Source: Hormiphora californensis (taxonomy: Eukaryota; Animalia; Ctenophora). From it: DNA of 24,495 nt. Each line of letters starts with the position of its first letter. Positions within the stretch are counted from its first letter, which is position 1. The translations under genes and the position numbers were made by a program. The notes below the pieces were generated by a model, which was not told the origin of the DNA, made no database searches, and worked only from the letters and a program-made list of their open reading frames with translations. This document shows positions 18,719 to 24,495 of this stretch, one piece after another. The stretch is taken from positions 1 through 24,495 of the forward strand of contig WFME01000024.1 in assembly GCA_020137815.1 (NCBI GenBank), read 5' to 3'.

Positions 18719-19083
18719 AGAGAGAGAGAGAAGAGAAGAGAGAGAGAGGAGAGAGATAGATAGGAGAAATAATATTTTTGGGCTTGAGAGCGAGGGGGGG
18801 GAGGGATAGAGAGAGAGGAGGAGAGAGAGAGAGAAGAGAGAGAGATAGAAGAGAGAGAAGGCACAGGTCAGAGTCGATACTAATGTGCGGGGAGGACCTT
18901 GTGGAGAGGCGCGCCCATTACGCCTCTTCCACAGGTCCTCCTCCACCTATATACACGTGATGCAAACATAAGAAATTAATGGGCTTGAGAGGAGCGAGAG
19001 AGAGGAAGGAGAGAGAGAGAGAGAGAGGAGAGAGAGGAGGAGAGGGGGTGAGAGATAGAGGATAGAGAGAGAGAGGAGAGAGG

Positions 19084-19117
<34 letters not shown>
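18636..19117. repeat. (GA)n microsatellite / polypurine tracts (18636-18860 and 18987-19117)
   Basis: Direct reading. A similar A(T)AAT..TGGGCTTGAGAG block precedes the second and third tracts, suggesting local duplication. Confidence 0.95.
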
Positions 19118-19145
19118 GCTGGAGGATTGAGATAGATCACGGAGC

Positions 19146-19152
19146 TATATAA
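19146..19152 (+). promoter_or_regulatory. Candidate TATA box of the secreted-protein gene
   Basis: TATATAA 74 nt upstream of the signal-peptide ATG, just downstream of the GA tracts. Confidence 0.4.
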
Positions 19153-19219
19153 CTAAGCTACAAGATCGCATGACTTTATTCTCAAACATCCTGTAATAGT
19201 TGTGTTTGTTTGGTCAAAG

Positions 19220-19274
19220 ATGAGGAGCTTTTTGTTTTCTGTGTTGTTGTTGTCCACATTTACTGCGACAGAAG
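19220..19274 (+). CDS. First coding exon (signal peptide) of a secreted tandem-domain protein
   Basis: AAGATG start, MRSFLFSVLLLSTFTATE(G/A): basic N-terminus, hydrophobic core, small residues at the cleavage site. AG|GTAATG donor in phase 1, matching the phase-1 acceptors downstream. Confidence 0.75.
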
Positions 19275-19364
19275 GTAATGTTCTATTTATCTATCTACGG
19301 AGTGCCTGGGCTTGCCAACGGCAAGCCCACAGGGGACTATTGCAAAGCGATTTCGCCGGCACTA

Positions 19365-19591
19365 AAGTACACCCCAAACTACTATGTCCCTCACTCGGGT
19401 TTTGTAAAATTTCCCACGGTCATAACTCCACTCCCTGATGAGATAGAGACTTGAAATTTGTTTTTTAGGAAGAACTCGACATGATCTCCTCACACAACAA
19501 TTTCAAGTCTCTATCTTATCAGGGGGTGGAGCTATGGCCGTCTAAAATCCGGTCGCGCGCAGCAAGGGACATAGTAGTTTGGGGGGACCTT
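19365..19591. mobile_element. MITE family A, copy 2 (opposite orientation to 11663-11890)
   Basis: Near-identical reverse complement of copy 1; TA at 19363-64 and 19592-93. Confidence 0.9.
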
Positions 19592-19735
19592 TAGGAGGTA
19601 ATGTTGAACCCGCGCGTATTATAGGGCCGTAGCCACTGCTAATTTGAAACAGTGTCTCGTCTGACTATTTGAAACACGCGTACTGGCTTTTTGAAACATT
19701 GTGCCCCCTGTGTGGTAGCTTGTCTCGGGGGAGGA

Positions 19736-20318
19736 GGTGGGCGGACTCTAGTGCTAACGGACTCTTTATCTAAATCCAAGGCGGACTCTATATCTAAAAA
19801 CGGACTCTTTATCTACAGTTAGACTTTGAAAAAAGTTTAGATAAAGAGTCCTCCCTGTGTAGACTTTTTAGATAAAGAGTCCGCCCTGTGTAGAATTTTT
19901 AGATATAGATCAGTCCTCTAGTACATTTTGGCGCCAAATCCTCCAACCCGGACTCTATGTCTAAAATCCTAACCCAACCCAAAACCTTACCCTAACACTA
20001 ACCCTAACCCTAACCTCGAACCCAAATAACGGCCCTAACACTTCTAAATTAGTATAGGGGTAGATCAAACTCTCGTTTCCGGCCTAACGGCCGAAATCTC
20101 GAGTTCGCGGCGAAAGGCGGACTTTATATCTAATTTAGATTTATGTAGATATAGAGTCCACTTTATTTAGACTTTTTAGATAAAGAGTCCGCCCTGTGTA
20201 GACTTTTTAGATAAAGAGTCCTCCTAGAGTTTAGAATTATTTGGACTCTTTATCTAAATCTAAATTTAGATATAGAGTCCCCTTTAGACTTAGAGTGTAG
20301 CACTAAAGTCCGCACACC
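19736..20318. mobile_element. 583-bp Mutator/Foldback-like MITE with 9-bp TSD, subterminal repeats and telomere-like core
   Basis: TIR GGTGGGCGGACTCTAGTGCTA / TAGCACTAAAGTCCGCACACC. Flanks GGGGGAGGA (19727-35) and GGGGGAGGC (20319-27). Many GGACTCT(T/A)TATCTAAA units in both orientations; (CCCTAA)-like run at ~19968-20040. Confidence 0.85.
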
Positions 20319-20344
20319 GGGGGAGGCGTACCACACAGTTGGCT

Positions 20345-20900
20345 CCATTGCAACCTATTCTCGCTCCGCGAAGAATAGGCTCCCGCTCCGTTGCTAGCAA
20401 AAACTCACGTGCGCGCCATGTAAAGCACGTTTTCAACAGATCGTGCGCGACAGACCGTGTTTTTAGACCTTTTTAGCTGACCTAGCACTACACAAACGTC
20501 AATTATCGCCTCATTTCGCATCGTGATGAATCGGCGGGTATTTTCCCATGCTCACAAGGCCATGACGATTCACCCAGTACCCGCAGATTGTCCCAGGACC
20601 GAGTAGGAGCTTGCAGCCAGAATTGCTCATATTTAGCGTCAATTTTGACCCACTATTCCTCAAATGCTGATACTCGCGGGTATTTTTTGTAAAACTAGAG
20701 ACAATTATCTGCCAGAGCAACAAACGAGATGCAAATTGGTTCAGTAGTTCCTTGCCGCCTGGTCTTTGAAAAAGTTTGCTCTAAAATCAATAACGGGCGG
20801 AGGCCTGTTTGTGAGATCAATCTCGGTCGCTGCACGACCTCGATCTCACTCAGACATCAATGTGGCCAAGAAGGATGATGGACAGAGCGTGGCGACCATG
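20345..20900 (-). repeat. Dispersed non-TIR repeat with terminal hairpin, related to 12833-13310
   Basis: Hairpin CCTATTCT-CGC-TCC-GCG-A-AGAATAGG at 20354-20379; collinear core blocks shared with 12930-13055. Boundaries approximate. Confidence 0.45.
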
Positions 20901-21091
20901 TCCGTGTGTTTGTCATCACACGCTACGTAAAAGCCTATTTTACAAGCAGAATGTGGCAAATCCTGGCGCGCCAGAGTGATGGCTCTCATTTCTTCTTTTT
21001 CGTTTTGATTTTCCTGCTTGAGCTTTGCGCGTGCATTCAGTTAGAGTTTCCCCTTATGCGACTACAAGCGGGCGTGTAAGGTAGACGATTA

Positions 21092-21322
21092 CGGGGGCCC
21101 GAAGGAATCGCCCCTACCGATGTCCGTACGCGATCCCGGACGTTTGGTTTGCGTATTGCATTTCATAATTCATTACACTTTCACCACACAAAAGGCTCAT
21201 GCGCGTCACATGCGTGACACGCTCGTCTGTTTTGTGTGGTGTAAATGTAGTGAAATGCAATGCGCACCAAACGTCCGGGATCGCGTACGGGCATCTGGTA
21301 GGGGCGATTCCTTCGGCCCCCG
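21092..21322. mobile_element. ~230-bp palindromic MITE, TA-flanked (Tc1/mariner-like)
   Basis: TA|CGGGGGCC(C)GAAGGAATCGCCCCTACC... / ...GGTAGGGGCGATTCCTTCGGCCCCCG|TA. Symmetry extends 3 nt further (GAT/ATC). Confidence 0.85.
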
Positions 21323-21399
21323 TAATCCCAGCTGTGTCAATGGCATCCTAGCTTGGCAAGGTACTGCAATATAAAATAAATTATTATGTCTCATTTCAG

Positions 21400-21825
21400 C
21401 GTGGAGTCCGTGGTACTTAAAACATACATCCCATTTGATCTGGAAAGCACCCCTCTTCAAATCAAAACCAGCTCTACTACTACCGGGAGTGACGAGCAGA
21501 TTTGGGTGGACACATACACTGCAGATGAGAGTTACTTGGATCAGTGAGGTGATATTACCTCACCTATGAATACTACATAACTACTACTGCACCTATTCAT
21601 GGACTACCCTCCTAGTACACCCCAGAGGAAGTGAACAAGATGTGGACAATTCGAAAGACGGCCACCAACCTTACCATAGAGTGCAACGGGGTGGAGGTTC
21701 TGAACTACCAGTTCAGTGACAGTAGTGATACTCGCTTTGTACCACGGTGGGGAGGAATGCGTGAGAAAGATACAATTTCACTCCGTGGACACTGCATCTG
21801 ACAGCTACAAGAGCAAAACCAACAG
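21400..21825 (+). CDS. Tandem domain exon 1 of secreted protein (frame broken by multiple 1-nt indels: assembly error or pseudo-exon)
   Basis: TTTCAG acceptor and ACAG|GTAT donor are intact; collinear with the intact exon 22440-22856. Confidence 0.7.
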
Positions 21826-21916
21826 GTATTATAAATTGAAGCTAAAGAATACTGTTTTACTTAGTATACTTAGTATTACCAGATCGATTTCGTATTATCA
21901 TCATTTCATATTTCAG

Positions 21917-22336
21917 TATGGAGTCCAGTGGTACTTGAAACATACATCCCATTTTGATCTGAGAGCACCCCTCTTCAAATCAAAACCAGCTCTACTACCG
22001 GGAGGGGGAGCAGATCGCGGTGAACACATACACTGCAGAGAGAGTCTGATTGGGGGGGCGGCGGTGAAGTTCGCCTCAACTATGAACTACTACATCTACT
22101 ACTGCACCGGATCGACCTCCCTCCCAGTACAACCACCAGAGGAAGTGAACAAGATGTGGACAATTCGTAAGACGGCTACCAACCTCAGTATAGAGTGCAA
22201 CGGGGTGGAGGTACTAGCTACTCCAGTTCAGTGACAGTAATGAGACTGACTGTGTATCAAAGTGGGGAGGAATGTGGAGAAATAAAATTTCACTCCTGGG
22301 ACACTGCATCTGACAGCTACAGAGCAAAACCAACAG
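21917..22336 (+). CDS. Tandem domain exon 2 of secreted protein (several 1-nt indels)
   Basis: TTTCAG acceptor and ACAG|GTAT donor; long stretches identical to exon 3 (GG.AVKFASTMNYYI.YCTG.TSLPVQPPEEVNKMWTIRKTATNLSIECNGVEVL). Confidence 0.75.
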
Positions 22337-22439
22337 GTATTATAAATTAGAAGCTAAAGAATACTGTTTTACTTAGTATTACTTAGTATTACTTAGTATT
22401 ACCAGATCGATTTCGTATGATCATCATTTCATATTTCAG

Positions 22440-22856
22440 CGTGGAGTCCAGTGGTACGTGATACTAAGATCCCATTTGATCTGGAGAGCACCCCTCTTCA
22501 AATCAAAACCAACTCTACTATTGGGAGTGGGGAGGAGATTAGGGTGAACACATACACTGCAGATGAGATCATTGGGGGGGTGGCGGTGAAGTTCGCCTCA
22601 ACTATGAACTACTACATCACCTACTGCACCGGATGGACCTCCCTCCCAGTACAACCACCAGAGGAAGTGAACAAGATGTGGACAATTCGAAAGACGGCTA
22701 CCAACCTCAGTATAGAGTGCAACGGGGTGGAGGTTCTGAACTACCAGTTCAGTGACAGTAAAACTACCTGTGTATCAAAGTGGGGAGGAGATGTGGAGAA
22801 GATAAAATTTTACTCCGGGGACACTGCATCTGACAGCTACAGAGCAAAACCAACAG
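22440..22856 (+). CDS. Tandem domain exon 3 (intact, 417 nt, phase 1-1): ~139-aa beta-rich extracellular domain of unknown function
   Basis: WSPVVRDTKIPFDLESTPLQIKTNS...YCTGW...WTIRKTATNLSIECNGVEVLNYQF...CVSKWGGDVEKIKFYSGDTASDSYRAKPT. Canonical splice sites, length divisible by 3. The gene probably continues beyond the window. Confidence 0.88.
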
Positions 22857-22971
22857 GTATAAACTAGAAGCAAATAAATACTGTATTGTTCATGTTTGTA
22901 TCTATCTAATCTAATCTAACTATATCTAATGCATTAATTTGACGTAAATGTGACACCCTATCGTCAGTGGG

Positions 22972-23304
22972 TAGTGTCTGACGGTGTATAAGGTCCAAAT
23001 GAGGCACGGAGCTTTTCTGAATCAGCTTTTGAAGACGAATCCAACGCAACCGGAATTAGCTTTCTATCTTATCGGAAGGTTCGGTTCACAACTCATTTTT
23101 AGTCATTTTTGCCGCGCGAGCCAATCCGAGCCAGAATTTTGAAATCCAGCCCTCTGATTGGCTCGCGCGGCTAAAAATGAAAAAAGTGAACCACACCTTC
23201 CCGATAAGATAGAAAGCTAATTCCGGTTGCGTTGGATTCGTCTTCAAAAGCTGATTCAGAAAAGCTCCGTGCCTCATTTGGACCTTATACACCGTCAGAC
23301 ACTA
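22972..23304. mobile_element. 333-bp palindromic hAT-like MITE with perfect 8-bp TSD
   Basis: Termini TAGTGTCTGACGG / CCGTCAGACACTA; TCAGTGGG at 22964-22971 and 23305-23312; ~130-bp arms. Confidence 0.92.
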
Positions 23305-23327
23305 TCAGTGGGTAGTATGGTAGTTAA

Positions 23328-23900
23328 GGTCGTGCGCACTTTTTGGCGCCATTTGGCGCCAAATTGGCGCCACGTGGCGCCACGTGGCGATATTTTAGCG
23401 CCAAATGGCGCCAAAATTTGGCGACTGCGCACAACCGCAATTTGGCGCCAAAATGGCGCCCAAGTTGGGGTAAAAGGGTCATGACCCTAAGTGACCAATT
23501 TTTTGGCGCCAATTTTTGATTTTTTGGCGCCAAAAACCATTATTGGCGCCAAATATTATCGCCAATAAAAAATACCGGCGCCCAAAACGCGATTTGGCGC
23601 CGGTTTTTTGGCGCCAAAGCTCTTTTGGCGCCGGCTTTTGGCGGTTCACTTGGGTGAACCCTAAAAATTGGCGCCAATCTAAATTGGCGCCACCCATCCT
23701 TGACCCTAAGTTTTGGCGCCAACTCTGGCGAAATTTGGCGCCAACTGTTGGCGCCAATTTGTTGAATATTTAGGGTCATAGGATGAAAATTGGCGCCAAT
23801 CATTAGCGCCAACTTTAAAATTCGACTAACAACCCTTGAGCGCTAGTTGTTAGCGCCACTTTTCGGCGCCAATTTATTAGCGCCAATTATTGGCTCCAAA
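23328..23900. repeat. Array of palindromic TTGGCGCCAA motifs, probably the subterminal region of a DNA transposon
   Basis: About 21 GGCGCC plus several AGCGCC variants in ~570 bp; short IR GGTCGTGCGCA / TGCGCACAACC at 23328-23436. Confidence 0.85.
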
Positions 23901-23907
23901 AAAGTTT

Positions 23908-23977
23908 CTGTCTGGCGCCGTGACCCCATCTGAGCGCACTGTCAGGATCTGTCAGAGCTGTCTGCGCCGCCCGACAG
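23908..23977. mobile_element. Micro-MITE family B, variant copy
   Basis: CTGTCTGGCGCCGTGACCCCATCTGAGCGCACTGTCA...GCGCCGCCCGACAG. Confidence 0.7.
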
Positions 23978-24355
23978 CTCATTTGCAGATGCTGGCATTT
24001 TTGTGCGGATAACTTTCATTACCAGTGGTACTATCACAATGTCTGACCCCGAAACTCGTCACACAGCGCATCTTTCCATTTATAACTGGGCCCTTCAAAC
24101 GTGGAGGAATGCCATTTAACATTAGGTACTGGCTGTAATTTAGGTACATTATTGAAAATTAAGATACGGAGTGTCAAGTAATAGATCTTAGGGACAAGAA
24201 AGCCTGTTGGTTGGTCAAAATCCCTTTATATCTGAAGTGTTGACAATATGGTGGTACTGAGCACCTGCGTCTCCTTCGGGTCTTTCATATAGATATTATA
24301 ATAACACGGTGCCGACAGTAGCTGGCTGCTTAGTGGCAAGACCGTAGTAGTCCTA

Positions 24356-24495
24356 CCAAACCAAACCAAACCAAACCTGTTGGTTGGACCCTGCATGTTA
24401 GACGTTAGTCGAACCCCGTTGGCTTTACCTCCGTTGATCTTAATCTCTATCTTTCTCTCTGTTCCCCTCTCTCTGTCTCTCTTTTTCTCTCTCGT
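24356..24495. repeat. (CCAAA)4 run (24356-24377) and (CT)n-rich tract (~24445-24495)
   Basis: Direct reading. Confidence 0.8.

Noticed and set aside
17873-18960. Cys/Leu/Ser/Val-rich and Ser/Leu-rich ORFs
   Set aside because: Translations of (GACA)n and (GA)n microsatellites.
19968-20040. True telomere or chromosome-fusion scar
   Set aside because: Short, degenerate, single orientation and internal to a TSD-bounded MITE.
22371-22402. TAGTATTAC x3, identical to the circovirus/nanovirus origin nonanucleotide
   Set aside because: Part of a 10-bp intronic tandem repeat (ACTTAGTATT), with no flanking stem and no Rep gene.
23086-23812. ORFs with WRQ/LAP repeats
   Set aside because: Products of the palindromic MITE and the TTGGCGCCAA array, appearing on both strands.

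Overview
Eukaryotic (animal) genomic DNA. It is probably ctenophore (Pleurobrachia-like), judged from my recollection of the GAACCGACCGA..GTCACGTGAC..TCGGTTCCTG repeat and of the ~139-aa secreted repeat domain; the taxon is an inference. Two host genes lie on the + strand. (1) The last three coding exons of a mitochondrial folate/FAD carrier (SLC25A32-like; 186-272, 580-888, 10859-11050). Its ~10-kb last intron is almost entirely nested transposons: a minus-strand CR1-type LINE, interrupted by a 1.34-kb foldback element and by an intact 4.9-kb L2-group LINE. (2) The 5' part of a secreted protein gene, with a signal-peptide exon (19220-19274) and three tandem phase-1/phase-1 exons encoding a beta-rich domain. 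The rest is a dense field of non-autonomous palindromic DNA elements (Academ-, CACTA-, hAT-, Mutator- and mariner-like by termini/TSD), hairpins and microsatellites. The most notable signals are: an in-frame A_AAA_AAC -1 slippery site in the L2 ORF1/ORF2 overlap; variable residues alternating along predicted strands of the tandem secreted domain; a T-shaped double hairpin shaped like a parvoviral ITR; a 17-22-bp double-GATA motif shared by unrelated MITE families; and CpG-to-TpG-biased mismatches between palindrome arms.
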